Assembly (NCBI RefSeq): GCF_003019035.1
Contig: NZ_CP027447.1
Origin: Escherichia coli
GTDB taxonomy: Bacteria > Pseudomonadota > Gammaproteobacteria > Enterobacterales > Enterobacteriaceae
Length of the DNA stretch: 64,000 nucleotides
Strand: one strand, 5' to 3'
The stretch's first letter is position 1; every line of letters begins with the position of its first letter. Positions 13,243 through 23,255 of the stretch are shown here, piece after piece. The notes below the pieces were generated by a model, which did no database searches, was not told the origin of the DNA, and was given only the letters and a program-made list of their open reading frames with translations. The position numbers were made by a program, and so were the translations under genes.

Positions 13243-15941
13243 GGTGCAACCTCCCTTTGCGCCGTCTGGACGTTTCCACGTAATTTAGGCTGTTTCAACT
13301 GTGCCTGAACCTGAATAGATTCCGGCAATTGTGAATAACTCACCACGCTACAATTCACATCCCCGCTATAGCGAATGCTGGCGCGTTTCTTCAAAACATT
13401 CAGCGGACATTTCAGGAACTGCTGCCCGGAAAGCAGATACAACTCTTTTTCACCACTGCTAATCTCAAGTGTAAATCCGCCATCTTCAGCCACCAGTAAC
13501 ATGGCGCTATTCAGACCCACCAGCGGGAACTTCTCTACCGATGCGGGTAATAACAAGCGACCAATATAGTTGTAATTAAAACTGGCAGACACTTCGCGAT
13601 AACGTAATTTGCCCGGCAACAGCATTAACTCACGATTTCCCGCACCGTTAATGATGTTGGTTGTTCCTTGCTGGTTACCCTGATTACTGTCGTTAACTTC
13701 AACAAAGCCAGACTGAAATCCAGGATAGGGGAATAACACGCTGTCGCTTTGACCAAGCTGCAATGTTCTGCTGCCAGCCACCCGCGCTTCGAGTTGCAGA
13801 CCCTGACTCTGTTCATCCTGTTCAGAGAAACCTTTCACATCCACCAACACCGCTCCCAGCAAATCATCTGAGCCGCTGGCCCCCAAATTGATGCCATAGC
13901 GACTCACCGCCAGCGTGGAGCTGTATGTCCCGGTGAAGGCCGAGAGATGATCATGGTTCTGGCGATCATAACTGTCTGAGACAGTAGCGTAGACATTTCC
14001 ATATTGGCCATCCCAACGCCCGTTAACCGCGCTGTTTATGGTATCGGTGTTCAAACCGCCGACGGTCACGCCAAGCTCTTTATGGCTGAATGAGTCGTTA
14101 TAAAAGGTATGCGATAACTGCCATGACGTTTGATCGCCATCCTGATCGCTATAACGATAATCAGTAGAAACATTGGTTGAATGGCTGTTGTTATTGCTGT
14201 CCATCGTTGGCGTATCAGATAACGAAAACGACAAGTACAAGCCGTTGTCATCGTTATCGCCACCGTTGTCGTTACGATGGAAAACCCCAAGGGAAGTACT
14301 CAAAATCCAGTCACGCATCACAAAAGCGCGAGAAGCGCTAAGTTGTACGGTCTCGGAAATGCTTTGAGCCGTAGTCTGGCGAAGATAGTTATTTTCAAAG
14401 CTCTGCTGTTTGTCCCAGCGCAAACTATCATCAGTGTTATTTTGTGTGCGGGTATAGCCCAGCATCATATTCCAGCCGACAAAATTCTGTGAAACCGTCG
14501 CGGAAATACTTTCATAACAGCTTAAGGCGTTGTAGCTCTCTCTGTTGTCGGTTGTACAAGCATCACCGTCAGAGTTGGTCCGATAAAAGCCCAACGTCGG
14601 CCATCCCGGATGACTCCAGTTGGCCTGTTGCATATCGCCTTTGCCGCCGTCATCGTTACGGAACACGCTGGCACTGATAGCCAGATTCCCCGCCCCGCCT
14701 AAATCCGCCGTCCAGTTATTACCTAACTCGAAAGCACTTACATCATCGGCATTCGCCAGCCCTGCGTAGAGCTCATATTGCGGATGTAATGGCAGACGAA
14801 CCCCTAGCTGATAAGCTGAACTTTCATCATCAGAAACCTGTGATGTGGTTTTACCTGCCTGCAAGAACCACTGGGCATTTCCGTCTGTCAGACCGCCGGT
14901 TTTGGTAAACGGTACAAGCTCGGTGCGGGTGAGTTGGTTATTTTCATAAACTTTTAACGCCACGCTGTAGCTGCCTGGCGGAAAGGAACTGGTATCAATA
15001 AATTGCGAACCACTATTGAGGTAAAACGATCCCAACAGTTGTTCATTACGATAAGCATCAACACGAGAATTGCGCGAAAGCAGGATCATTACCGGCGTAC
15101 CCTGCTGGCTTTGCGTCTGGTTTAAATAACTGAGTGTCGACCCGATACGCATTCCGTCTATTGCACCGAGTGGCAGGAAGTTAAAAGTAAAGTTTCCACC
15201 TTGCGCATTAAATAATGTGCGGTTGTCCATCCGCCCCGCCTGCACATAATAACGGCGTAAAAAATCATAGCGGTAATAGAGATCGCTGACATCGACATTG
15301 TTGTCGCTGACATCATCTGCATCATAACCGTCGAAATTCCAGTGCGCACCAATATAGCTATTTTCTGTTATTCCCAGTGCGCCATTACCCTGAATTGACA
15401 ACGATTGGTAATCATCCTGAACCAGCACATTAATATCTTGCTGATGTATAAAAGCGTTAACCGTATTTTTGTCTGGATTTAAATACAATGACTTCGAGTT
15501 AAACGCAGAACTCCATTGCGGATTAAGAAATAGCGTTGCTGAACTTTCTTCATCATTGTAGATTATTTCTACTGTCTCAGTATTAAGAAAACCGCATCCT
15601 GAATCAGTACGTACAAAACCACAAGCCAGTTCACCGTGGCGAGCTAAGGGTTGCGATAGTTTTTCTTTCACTGTATGAGCAATTTTTTGGTCGTCAGTGC
15701 TCAATTCAAGTTTGCTGTATAAACTTGATGAATCAAGAAAGGTTACGGTATCAAGATTAACCATAGCATAATATTTACCGAGACTTTTCCCTGCAAAATA
15801 AACCTCGATATACTCCTGCTGTCCCTGAGCAATAACCTCAAAACCAGCGGGAATTTTTGTTAATGTTGCCTTTGCCGGGCTGAGACTCGCCAGGATCAAA
15901 AGAGCCAGTAATTTTTTGTCCATGGCTGTCCTGTAATCCAT
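13239..15941 (-). CDS. class 5 fimbrial outer-membrane usher (CooC/CfaC-like)
   Basis: 900 aa with signal peptide; beta-rich with G/N/D/S/T-rich segments; 4 nt overlap with the downstream adhesin gene; size and operon position match alternate chaperone-usher ushers. Confidence 0.7.
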   Translation of the reverse strand: MDYRTAMDKKLLALLILASLSPAKATLTKIPAGFEVIAQGQQEYIEVYFAGKSLGKYYAMVNLDTVTFLDSSSLYSKLELSTDDQKIAHTVKEKLSQPLARHGELACGFVRTDSGCGFLNTETVEIIYNDEESSATLFLNPQWSSAFNSKSLYLNPDKNTVNAFIHQQDINVLVQDDYQSLSIQGNGALGITENSYIGAHWNFDGYDADDVSDNNVDVSDLYYRYDFLRRYYVQAGRMDNRTLFNAQGGNFTFNFLPLGAIDGMRIGSTLSYLNQTQSQQGTPVMILLSRNSRVDAYRNEQLLGSFYLNSGSQFIDTSSFPPGSYSVALKVYENNQLTRTELVPFTKTGGLTDGNAQWFLQAGKTTSQVSDDESSAYQLGVRLPLHPQYELYAGLANADDVSAFELGNNWTADLGGAGNLAISASVFRNDDGGKGDMQQANWSHPGWPTLGFYRTNSDGDACTTDNRESYNALSCYESISATVSQNFVGWNMMLGYTRTQNNTDDSLRWDKQQSFENNYLRQTTAQSISETVQLSASRAFVMRDWILSTSLGVFHRNDNGGDNDDNGLYLSFSLSDTPTMDSNNNSHSTNVSTDYRYSDQDGDQTSWQLSHTFYNDSFSHKELGVTVGGLNTDTINSAVNGRWDGQYGNVYATVSDSYDRQNHDHLSAFTGTYSSTLAVSRYGINLGASGSDDLLGAVLVDVKGFSEQDEQSQGLQLEARVAGSRTLQLGQSDSVLFPYPGFQSGFVEVNDSNQGNQQGTTNIINGAGNRELMLLPGKLRYREVSASFNYNYIGRLLLPASVEKFPLVGLNSAMLLVAEDGGFTLEISSGEKELYLLSGQQFLKCPLNVLKKRASIRYSGDVNCSVVSYSQLPESIQVQAQLKQPKLRGNVQTAQREVAP

Positions 15942-16013
15942 AATAAATACTAAAATAGTTAAAAGAAGGGAGGACTTGCCTCCCTTTATTGCATGTTAAT
16001 TCTGTTATCCAGA

Positions 16014-16514
16014 TTAGAGAGCCTGGGACAGATAAATGCTAACTACGCCACGGTAGATACCCGTTTCCAGAACACCTTTGGTAGCCTGGGAAAACATCAG
16101 TGGTTTAGCCAGCGAACCGTTAGTTAACGCATCGGAAGCAAAGATTTTCGTTGCGGTAAACGTGGTTGCCGCATCAGCTTTAATCTCTTCACCACCCCAG
16201 GTTACGGTCAGCGGAACAATTTTGCTGGCGTCCAGGCTCTGAACCAGTTGCGCAGGCGAAACTAACTGCATTTTCACGTCTTTGGTCGTGTCATTTGACC
16301 AGATTTTAGTCATTAACTGGTAAGATTGCAGACCCTGACCTGGCAGATATTGCATTTCTACTGCCTTCGGCAGTGCAGTATTATCGGTCTGCGTCATATC
16401 CAGAGCAGCATCAACGTTAGCAGTAACAGTGATATCTTTTTGTACTGCTAATGCAGAACCTGCAACGGAAAACATTGCCGCTACCAGAAGAGATTTTGCG
16501 AATACCTTTTTCAT
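16014..16514 (-). CDS. class 5 fimbrial major pilin subunit (CooA/CfaB-like)
   Basis: 166 aa; signal peptide MKKVFAKSLLVAAMFSVAGSALA; mature region resembles CS1/CFA-I major pilins (ITVTANVD..., C-terminal ...GVVSIYLSQAL). Confidence 0.72.
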   Translation of the reverse strand: MKKVFAKSLLVAAMFSVAGSALAVQKDITVTANVDAALDMTQTDNTALPKAVEMQYLPGQGLQSYQLMTKIWSNDTTKDVKMQLVSPAQLVQSLDASKIVPLTVTWGGEEIKADAATTFTATKIFASDALTNGSLAKPLMFSQATKGVLETGIYRGVVSIYLSQAL

Positions 16515-16543
16515 TACTATTCCTTGGTTTATTACAATGATAA

Positions 16544-17260
16544 TTAATGGACCGCCAGCTCAAACTCGCCATTGTCCTTGGTGATCCAGTTATTATATTT
16601 GACAACGATTTTATCGTAGCCAGATATGCTTTCTAAAACTCTTTCCTGACCAGGGAAAATGTTTTTATTTACGGTCTGTGTTCTGCACTCCGCAGAACCA
16701 CTATTTTTACAATAGGCAATGGTTAATATCTTCAGACGTTGATTGCCATTATTGATTAGCTTTTTATCGGCGTTAATATCTAACTTTGCCACAGGCTGCT
16801 GAGGTGGCACGCTGACAACAATCCCCCAAATTAAGTTAACCGTTAATTGCATGGAGAGATCTTTTTTATTATCTGTTGCATCATCAATGCTGGGTACAGC
16901 TTCAAATTTAACCCGATAGTTTTTTTCTTTTTGCTCAGGTTCCATTGCCACAAAACGCACGGTTTTGCTACTACCGCCAGGCAAAGCAAATTTGGGCGGC
17001 ATTATCACAAGTTGGTTTGCATCGCCTGAAGTTACTTCGATTTCTTTTTCTTGTGGTGTTGATGGATTATCGATACGAAATACGGTTGCCTTTATATATT
17101 GGACTTCATTCGTTTTCGATATTACACGAACACTTCCTTCTCCCTGACTGTTTATAGATACAGACATAGGATATACAGTCATATTAGATTGTGCGAAAAA
17201 TGATGTGCACAGAAGTAAGACAGGCCCGAGCCGTAATAATCGATTAATTTTCGCCACCAT
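16544..17260 (-). CDS. class 5 fimbrial periplasmic chaperone (CooB/CfaA-like)
   Basis: 238 aa with signal peptide; first gene of the operon; size and position match CooB/CfaA. Confidence 0.7.
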   Translation of the reverse strand: MVAKINRLLRLGPVLLLCTSFFAQSNMTVYPMSVSINSQGEGSVRVISKTNEVQYIKATVFRIDNPSTPQEKEIEVTSGDANQLVIMPPKFALPGGSSKTVRFVAMEPEQKEKNYRVKFEAVPSIDDATDNKKDLSMQLTVNLIWGIVVSVPPQQPVAKLDINADKKLINNGNQRLKILTIAYCKNSGSAECRTQTVNKNIFPGQERVLESISGYDKIVVKYNNWITKDNGEFELAVH

Positions 17261-17551
17261 TTAATCAGTTTTACATTATTTCATAAAAAGTTGGCGCATT
17301 AGAAATCATACTATTTTTCAAGTCAACACAAAAAAGCATCTTTAGATAAAATTATTTATTCTCAAAAAAATACAACCTACTGAAAAATATGTTTTTTCAC
17401 AATTCAACATAATCAATTTTAGGAATATATTAATATTCACAACATCAATAAATAATATTATTTCAATCATGCAATTTATATTTTAACAATGGCATACGCA
17501 TGCATAAAGTGGTATGATAACTTTGTCCGCATTCCACTCCTGGAGACGCAT
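17261..17551. promoter_or_regulatory. strongly AT-rich intergenic region: putative fimbrial operon promoter (leftward) and exuR promoter (rightward)
   Basis: About 290 bp of very low GC (runs such as ttatttattctcaaaaaaatacaacc, aatatattaatattcacaacatcaataaataatatt) between divergent genes. Confidence 0.45.
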
Positions 17552-18328
17552 ATGGAAATCACTGAACCACGCCGTTTGTATCAACAACTTGCCGCTGATC
17601 TGAAAGAGCGCATCGAACAGGGCGTCTATCTGGTGGGTGATAAACTGCCTGCCGAACGCTTTATTGCCGATGAAAAAAACGTCAGCCGCACCGTGGTTCG
17701 TGAAGCCATCATCATGCTGGAAGTTGAAGGCTATGTCGAAGTGCGTAAAGGTTCAGGTATTCATGTGGTTTCCAACCAGCCGCGCCATCAGCAATCGGCT
17801 GACAATAATATGGAGTTTGCCAATTACGGTCCGTTTGAGCTACTGCAAGCCCGCCAGCTCATCGAAAGTAATATTGCCGAGTTCGCGGCAACTCAGGTCA
17901 CAAAACAGGACATCATGAAATTGATGGCCATCCAGGAGCAGGCACGCGGCGAACAATGCTTCCGTGATTCCGAGTGGGATTTGCAGTTCCATATTCAGGT
18001 AGCCCTGGCGACGCAGAACTCCGCCCTGGCGGCTATCGTTGAAAAAATGTGGACCCAGCGTAGTCATAACCCGTACTGGAAAAAACTGCACGAACACATT
18101 GATGCCCGTACCGTCGATAACTGGTGTGATGACCACGATCAAATCCTCAAGGCGCTGATTCGCAAAGATCCTCATGCTGCTAAGCTGGCAATGTGGCAGC
18201 ACCTGGAAAACACCAAGATCATGTTATTTAACGAAACCAGCGACGATTTCGAGTTCAATGCCGACCGCTATCTGTTCGCCGAAAACCCGGTGGTGCATCT
18301 CGATACAGCCACCAGCGGCAGTAAATGA
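17552..18328 (+). CDS. exuR: GntR-family hexuronate regulon repressor ExuR
   Basis: ORF 17489-18328 trimmed to [21 protein letters not shown]... (258 aa); GntR-type helix-turn-helix N-terminus. Confidence 0.88.
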   Translation: MEITEPRRLYQQLAADLKERIEQGVYLVGDKLPAERFIADEKNVSRTVVREAIIMLEVEGYVEVRKGSGIHVVSNQPRHQQSADNNMEFANYGPFELLQARQLIESNIAEFAATQVTKQDIMKLMAIQEQARGEQCFRDSEWDLQFHIQVALATQNSALAAIVEKMWTQRSHNPYWKKLHEHIDARTVDNWCDDHDQILKALIRKDPHAAKLAMWQHLENTKIMLFNETSDDFEFNADRYLFAENPVVHLDTATSGSK

Positions 18329-18672
18329 AATTCCTGTCCGACAGGCGCTACAGTGCGCCTGTTTGTCTCGTCGGTAAGCGAAAAGTATAAAGTGTCAGCC
18401 TGTGTAAATCCTCTCGCCTCCCTCCCCTGCATTCAGCAAAATCAGACTCCACGGACATGTAATTTTGATAACGAACAACGTTGACCTTTGTTACAATTAG
18501 ATTCAATTTGAATTTATGCTTTTGAATGCTTTCTTATCTCACGATTTAACAGGGAATAGTTCAGGCTGTGTTGATGTATCAAACCCGCAGAACATACCAA
18601 GACAGCAATAACATTGCGGTAGTGCATCATTTAAAACCAGCGTGGCGTTAACCGATTCACCAGGAATAATGA

Positions 18673-19335
18673 ATGGAACTTTTGACCCAATTGCTGCAAG
18701 CCCTGTGGGCGCAGGATTTTGAAACCCTGGCCAATCCGTCGATGATTGGCATGTTGTATTTTGTCTTGTTTGTCATTTTGTTCCTTGAAAACGGCTTGCT
18801 TCCGGCGGCCTTTTTACCGGGCGACAGTTTACTGGTACTGGTCGGCGTATTGATTGCGAAAGGCGCGATGGGCTATCCGCAAACGATTCTGCTGCTGACC
18901 GTTGCCGCCAGCCTCGGTTGCTGGGTCAGCTATATTCAGGGGCGATGGCTGGGCAATACCCGCACCGTACAAAACTGGCTATCTCATTTACCCGCGCATT
19001 ATCATCAACGCGCACACCATCTTTTTCATAAACACGGTTTATCGGCGCTGTTAATTGGTCGCTTTATTGCGTTTGTCAGAACACTGCTGCCGACGATTGC
19101 CGGGTTATCAGGGCTGAATAACGCGCGCTTTCAGTTCTTCAACTGGATGAGTGGTCTGCTGTGGGTATTGATCCTGACAACTCTGGGTTACATGCTCGGC
19201 AAAACGCCGGTATTTTTAAAGTACGAGGACCAGCTGATGTCATGCCTGATGCTGCTCCCGGTGGTGCTGCTGGTGTTTGGCCTGGCAGGTTCTCTGGTTG
19301 TGTTATGGAAAAAGAAATATGGAAATCGGGGGTAA
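18673..19335 (+). CDS. yqjA: DedA-family inner membrane protein YqjA
   Basis: 220 aa membrane ORF; recognised DedA-family sequence. Confidence 0.85.
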   Translation: MELLTQLLQALWAQDFETLANPSMIGMLYFVLFVILFLENGLLPAAFLPGDSLLVLVGVLIAKGAMGYPQTILLLTVAASLGCWVSYIQGRWLGNTRTVQNWLSHLPAHYHQRAHHLFHKHGLSALLIGRFIAFVRTLLPTIAGLSGLNNARFQFFNWMSGLLWVLILTTLGYMLGKTPVFLKYEDQLMSCLMLLPVVLLVFGLAGSLVVLWKKKYGNRG

Positions 19336-19338
19336 GGG

Positions 19339-19722
19339 ATGCAAATACCTCGCATGTCACTTCGCCAGCTAGCCTGGTCCGGCGCTGTTTTACTTCTGGT
19401 CGGCACGCTGTTGCTGGCCTGGTCCGCGGTTCGCCAGCAAGAGTCTACGCTGGCGATTCGTGCCGTTCATCAAGGGACAACGATGCCAGACGGTTTTTCA
19501 ATCTGGCATCACCTTGACGCTCACGGCATTCCTTTCAAAAGTATCACCCCCAAAAACGACACTCTGTTAATTACCTTTGACTCCAGCGACCAGAGCGCCG
19601 CCGCAAAAGCGGTCCTCGACAGAACATTGCCCCATGGCTACATCATTGCGCAGCAGGACAATAATAGTCAGGCTATGCAGTGGCTAACCCGATTGCGGGA
19701 TAACTCTCATCGCTTCGGATAA
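19339..19722 (+). CDS. mzrA: modulator of EnvZ/OmpR, MzrA
   Basis: 127 aa, single N-terminal transmembrane segment; immediately follows yqjA. Confidence 0.82.
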   Translation: MQIPRMSLRQLAWSGAVLLLVGTLLLAWSAVRQQESTLAIRAVHQGTTMPDGFSIWHHLDAHGIPFKSITPKNDTLLITFDSSDQSAAAKAVLDRTLPHGYIIAQQDNNSQAMQWLTRLRDNSHRFG

Positions 19723-19868
19723 CTTCCTGTTATCCGAAACAGATCACTCACTTTGGTGATTTCACCGTAACTGTCTATGATTAATGGGGCGGTGGTTAAC
19801 ACGACCGCTTCGTTGTCTGGACAATCGTTCCTTTGTAATAGGTCCGAATCACAATGGAAGGTTCAAGA

Positions 19869-20237
19869 ATGAAATACCGCATCGCTTTAGCTGTTTCTCT
19901 CTTTGCTCTTAGTGCCGGTAGTTATGCCACTACCCTGTGTCAGGAAAAGGAGCAAAATATCCTTAAGGAGATCAGCTATGCCGAAAAACACCAAAACCAG
20001 AATCGTATTGACGGTCTGAATAAAGCCCTGAGTGAAGTCCGGGCCAACTGTTCAGATAGCCAACTGCGTGCCGATCATCAGAAGAAAATCGCAAAGCAGA
20101 AAGATGAGGTGGCGGAACGCCAGCAAGATTTAGCCGAGGCGAAGCAAAAAGGCGATGCAGATAAGATTGCCAAACGCGAACGGAAACTGGCAGAAGCGCA
20201 GGAAGAGCTGAAAAAGCTGGAAGCGCGCGACTACTAA
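19869..20237 (+). CDS. yqjC: DUF1090 periplasmic protein YqjC
   Basis: ORF 19854-20237 trimmed to MKYRIALAVSLFALSAGSYA (signal peptide); charged coiled-coil-like remainder. Confidence 0.8.
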   Translation: MKYRIALAVSLFALSAGSYATTLCQEKEQNILKEISYAEKHQNQNRIDGLNKALSEVRANCSDSQLRADHQKKIAKQKDEVAERQQDLAEAKQKGDADKIAKRERKLAEAQEELKKLEARDY

Positions 20238-20274
20238 CTCACAATAGTCACTACTTACTCACCTGGAGAAAACT

Positions 20275-20580
20275 ATGTCGAAAGAACACACTACGGAACA
20301 TCTGCGTGCTGAGTTGAAATCCCTTTCCGATACGCTGGAAGAGGTGCTTAGCTCATCTGGCGAGAAGTCGAAAGAAGAGTTGAGTAAGATTCGTAGCAAA
20401 GCGGAGCAGGCACTGAAACAGAGCCGTTATCGCCTGGGTGAAACCGGTGATGCCATCGCCAAACAAACCCGTGTCGCGGCGGCGCGTGCCGATGAGTATG
20501 TGCGTGAAAATCCGTGGACCGGCGTGGGCATTGGCGCTGCAATCGGTGTAGTGCTCGGCGTTCTGCTGTCGCGTCGTTAA
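20275..20580 (+). CDS. yqjD: ribosome-associated membrane-anchored protein YqjD (ElaB/YgaM family)
   Basis: 101 aa with C-terminal transmembrane segment (GVGIGAAIGVVLGVLLSRR). Confidence 0.82.
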   Translation: MSKEHTTEHLRAELKSLSDTLEEVLSSSGEKSKEELSKIRSKAEQALKQSRYRLGETGDAIAKQTRVAAARADEYVRENPWTGVGIGAAIGVVLGVLLSRR

Positions 20581-20582
20581 TT

Positions 20583-20987
20583 ATGGCGGACACTCATCAC
20601 GCGCAAGGGCCCGGTAAAAGCGTTCTGGGCATCGGGCAGCGAATTGTTTCCATCATGGTTGAAATGGTGGAAACACGTCTGCGGCTGGCGGTGGTGGAGC
20701 TGGAAGAGGAAAAAGCGAATCTCTTTCAACTTTTACTGATGCTGGGCCTGACGATGCTTTTCGCTGCATTTGGTCTTATGAGCCTGATGGTGCTAATTAT
20801 TTGGGCGGTTGATCCGCAATATCGCCTGAATGCGATGATTGCCACCACCGTGGTGTTGCTGCTACTGGCACTGATTGGCGGTATCTGGACGTTACGTAAA
20901 TCGCGTAAATCCACCTTGCTGCGCCATACACGCCATGAGCTGGCAAACGATCGGCAGCTGCTCGAGGAGGAGTCCCGTGAGCAGTAA
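20583..20987 (+). CDS. yqjE: inner membrane protein YqjE
   Basis: ORF 20514-20987 trimmed to MADTHHAQGPG... (134 aa); two hydrophobic segments. Confidence 0.75.
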   Translation: MADTHHAQGPGKSVLGIGQRIVSIMVEMVETRLRLAVVELEEEKANLFQLLLMLGLTMLFAAFGLMSLMVLIIWAVDPQYRLNAMIATTVVLLLLALIGGIWTLRKSRKSTLLRHTRHELANDRQLLEEESREQ

Positions 20988-21276
20988 AGTCGAACGTGAA
21001 CGACGTAAGGCGCAACTGCTTAGCCAGATCCAGCAACAACGGCTGGATCTTTCCGCCACTCGTCGTGAATGGCTGGAGGCAACAGGCGCTTACGATCGTC
21101 GCTGGAATATGCTGTTGAGTCTGCGCTCCTGGGCGCTGGTTGGCAGTAGCGTGATGGCTATCTGGACGATTCGCCATCCTAATATGCTGGTCCGCTGGGC
21201 CAGACGCGGTTTTGGTGTATGGAGCGCCTGGCGTCTGGTGAAAACAACCCTCAAGCAACAACAGCTTCGCGGTTAA
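20977..21276 (+). CDS. yqjK: small protein YqjK (GTG start, overlaps yqjE 3' end)
   Basis: In-frame GTG at 20977 giving VSSKVERERRKAQLL... (99 aa); the ATG-initiated ORF 20875-21276 would overlap yqjE extensively. Confidence 0.6.
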   Translation: MSSKVERERRKAQLLSQIQQQRLDLSATRREWLEATGAYDRRWNMLLSLRSWALVGSSVMAIWTIRHPNMLVRWARRGFGVWSAWRLVKTTLKQQQLRG

Positions 21277-21462
21277 CTTCCTCTCTGGCCGGAGAAATTC
21301 CGGCCTTATCCCTCAAATTTTTTGAAAATATTTGACAGTTTTCCTTGCTAACAATCACGCTTCGCCACGTTTATGATTCTCTCCATCGACAGCAACGACG
21401 CTAATAGCGCGCCCTTGCACAAAAAAACAATCAGCAGCCTGAGCGGCGCAGTGGAGAGTATG

Positions 21463-21855
21463 ATGAAAAAATTAGAAGATGTTGGTGTACTGGTAGCGCG
21501 TATTTTAATGCCGATTCTGTTTATTACCGCAGGCTGGGGAAAAATTACTGGCTACGCGGGTACCCAACAATATATGGAAGCAATGGGCGTCCCCGGCTTT
21601 ATGCTGCCGCTGGTGATTCTGCTTGAGTTTGGTGGTGGTCTGGCAATCCTGTTCGGTTTCCTGACACGTACCACAGCCCTGTTTACTGCGGGCTTTACGC
21701 TGCTGACGGCATTTTTATTTCACAGCAACTTTGCTGAAGGCGTCAACTCGCTGATGTTCATGAAAAACCTGACTATTTCTGGCGGATTCCTGCTGCTGGC
21801 AATTACCGGTCCAGGCGCATTCAGCATCGACCGCCTGCTGAATAAAAAGTGGTAA
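21463..21855 (+). CDS. yqjF: DoxX-family inner membrane protein YqjF
   Basis: ORF 21373-21855 trimmed to MKKLEDVGVLVARILMP... (130 aa). Confidence 0.8.
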   Translation: MKKLEDVGVLVARILMPILFITAGWGKITGYAGTQQYMEAMGVPGFMLPLVILLEFGGGLAILFGFLTRTTALFTAGFTLLTAFLFHSNFAEGVNSLMFMKNLTISGGFLLLAITGPGAFSIDRLLNKKW

Positions 21856-21894
21856 GCACGCGCTATACTTAACAATAAAAAACGAGGAGGAACA

Positions 21895-22060
21895 CTCCTC
21901 GTTTCAGATTGTTGACAAAGTGCGCGTTGTTCATGCCGGATGCGGCGTGAACGCCTTATCCGGCCTACAAAAACATGCAAATTCAATACATTGCAGAAAC
22001 CTCGTAGGCCTGATAAGCATAGCGCATCAGGCAGTTTTGCGTTTGCCATCAGTCTCAAAC
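21895..22060. repeat. REP/BIME module flanked by short hairpins
   Basis: gccggatgcggcgtgaacgccttatccggcctac ... gtaggcctgataagcatagcgcatcaggca; flanking hairpins cgaggaggaacactcctcg and cgaggagaaacgctcctcg. Confidence 0.7.
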
Positions 22061-22102
22061 GAGGAGAAACGCTCCTCGTTTTTGCTATTGGAGGAGAGAA
22101 AA

Positions 22103-23089
22103 ATGGGTCAACTGATTGACGGCGTCTGGCATGACACCTGGTACGATACCAAATCCACCGGCGGTAAATTTCAACGTTCAGCTTCCGCATTTCGTAACTG
22201 GCTCACTGCCGATGGCGCGCCAGGCCCCACTGGCAAAGGCGGTTTTATCGCAGAGAAAGATCGTTATCATCTCTATGTTTCACTCGCCTGCCCGTGGGCG
22301 CACCGCACGCTGATCATGCGTAAACTCAAAGGACTGGAACCGTTTATTTCCGTTTCCGTAGTGAACCCGCTGATGCTGGAAAACGGCTGGACCTTTGATG
22401 ACAGTTTTCCGGGAGCAACCGGAGACACGCTCTATCAACATGAATTTCTGTATCAGCTTTATCTCCACGCCGATCCACACTACAGCGGACGAGTTACTGT
22501 TCCCGTACTGTGGGACAAAAAGAACCACACCATCGTCAGCAACGAATCAGCAGAAATCATCCGCATGTTCAATACCGCGTTTGATGCGCTGGGTGCGAAA
22601 GCGGGAGATTACTACCCACCAGCTCTGCAACCGAAAATTGACGAACTTAACGGCTGGATTTACGACACCGTTAACAATGGCGTGTATAAAGCCGGTTTTG
22701 CCACCAGCCAGCAAGCCTACGACGAGGCGGTGGCGAAAGTGTTTGAATCGCTGGCGCGACTGGAACAGATTTTAGGTCAGCACCGTTACCTGACCGGCAA
22801 CCAGCTAACCGAAGCCGATATTCGCCTGTGGACCACGCTGGTGCGTTTTGATCCAGTGTATGTGACCCACTTCAAGTGTGATAAGCACCGCATCAGCGAT
22901 TACCTGAATCTGTATGGCTTCCTGCGCGATATCTACCAGATGCCGGGAATTGCCGAAACAGTCAATTTCGATCACATCCGTAATCATTACTTCCGCAGCC
23001 ATAAGACCATCAACCCTACGGGGATTATTTCAATTGGTCCGTGGCAGGATCTCGATGAACCGCATGGACGAGATGTTCGCTTCGGTTAA
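22103..23089 (+). CDS. yqjG: glutathionyl-hydroquinone reductase YqjG (Xi-class GST)
   Basis: ORF 21920-23089 trimmed to MGQLIDGVWHDTWYD... (328 aa); the long upstream extension overlaps the REP module so was rejected; CPWAHR motif. Confidence 0.85.
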   Translation: MGQLIDGVWHDTWYDTKSTGGKFQRSASAFRNWLTADGAPGPTGKGGFIAEKDRYHLYVSLACPWAHRTLIMRKLKGLEPFISVSVVNPLMLENGWTFDDSFPGATGDTLYQHEFLYQLYLHADPHYSGRVTVPVLWDKKNHTIVSNESAEIIRMFNTAFDALGAKAGDYYPPALQPKIDELNGWIYDTVNNGVYKAGFATSQQAYDEAVAKVFESLARLEQILGQHRYLTGNQLTEADIRLWTTLVRFDPVYVTHFKCDKHRISDYLNLYGFLRDIYQMPGIAETVNFDHIRNHYFRSHKTINPTGIISIGPWQDLDEPHGRDVRFG

Positions 23090-23124
23090 AAAAAGGCACC
23101 TTACGAGGTGCCTCTGATAATTAG

Positions 23125-23255
23125 CTAAGTGCGTGTTGTTCATGTCGGATGCGGCGTAAACGCCTTATCAAACCTACAAAACATTTATATTCAATATGTT
23201 GCAATGACCGCGCAGGCCAGATAAGCGTAGCGCATCTGGCAATTTTGCGCTTGCC
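23125..23255. repeat. REP/BIME module (second copy of the module upstream of yqjG)
   Basis: gttgttcatgtcggatgcggcgtaaacgccttatcaaacctacaaaacatttatattcaatatgttgcaatg ... ggccagataagcgtagcgcatctggca, near-identical in organisation to 21895-22060. Confidence 0.65.

Noticed and set aside
21920-22102. N-terminal 61-codon extension of the yqjG ORF
   Set aside because: The extension reads through a REP/BIME repeat module and hairpins; the recognised protein starts at MGQLIDGVWHD, so the extension is treated as non-coding
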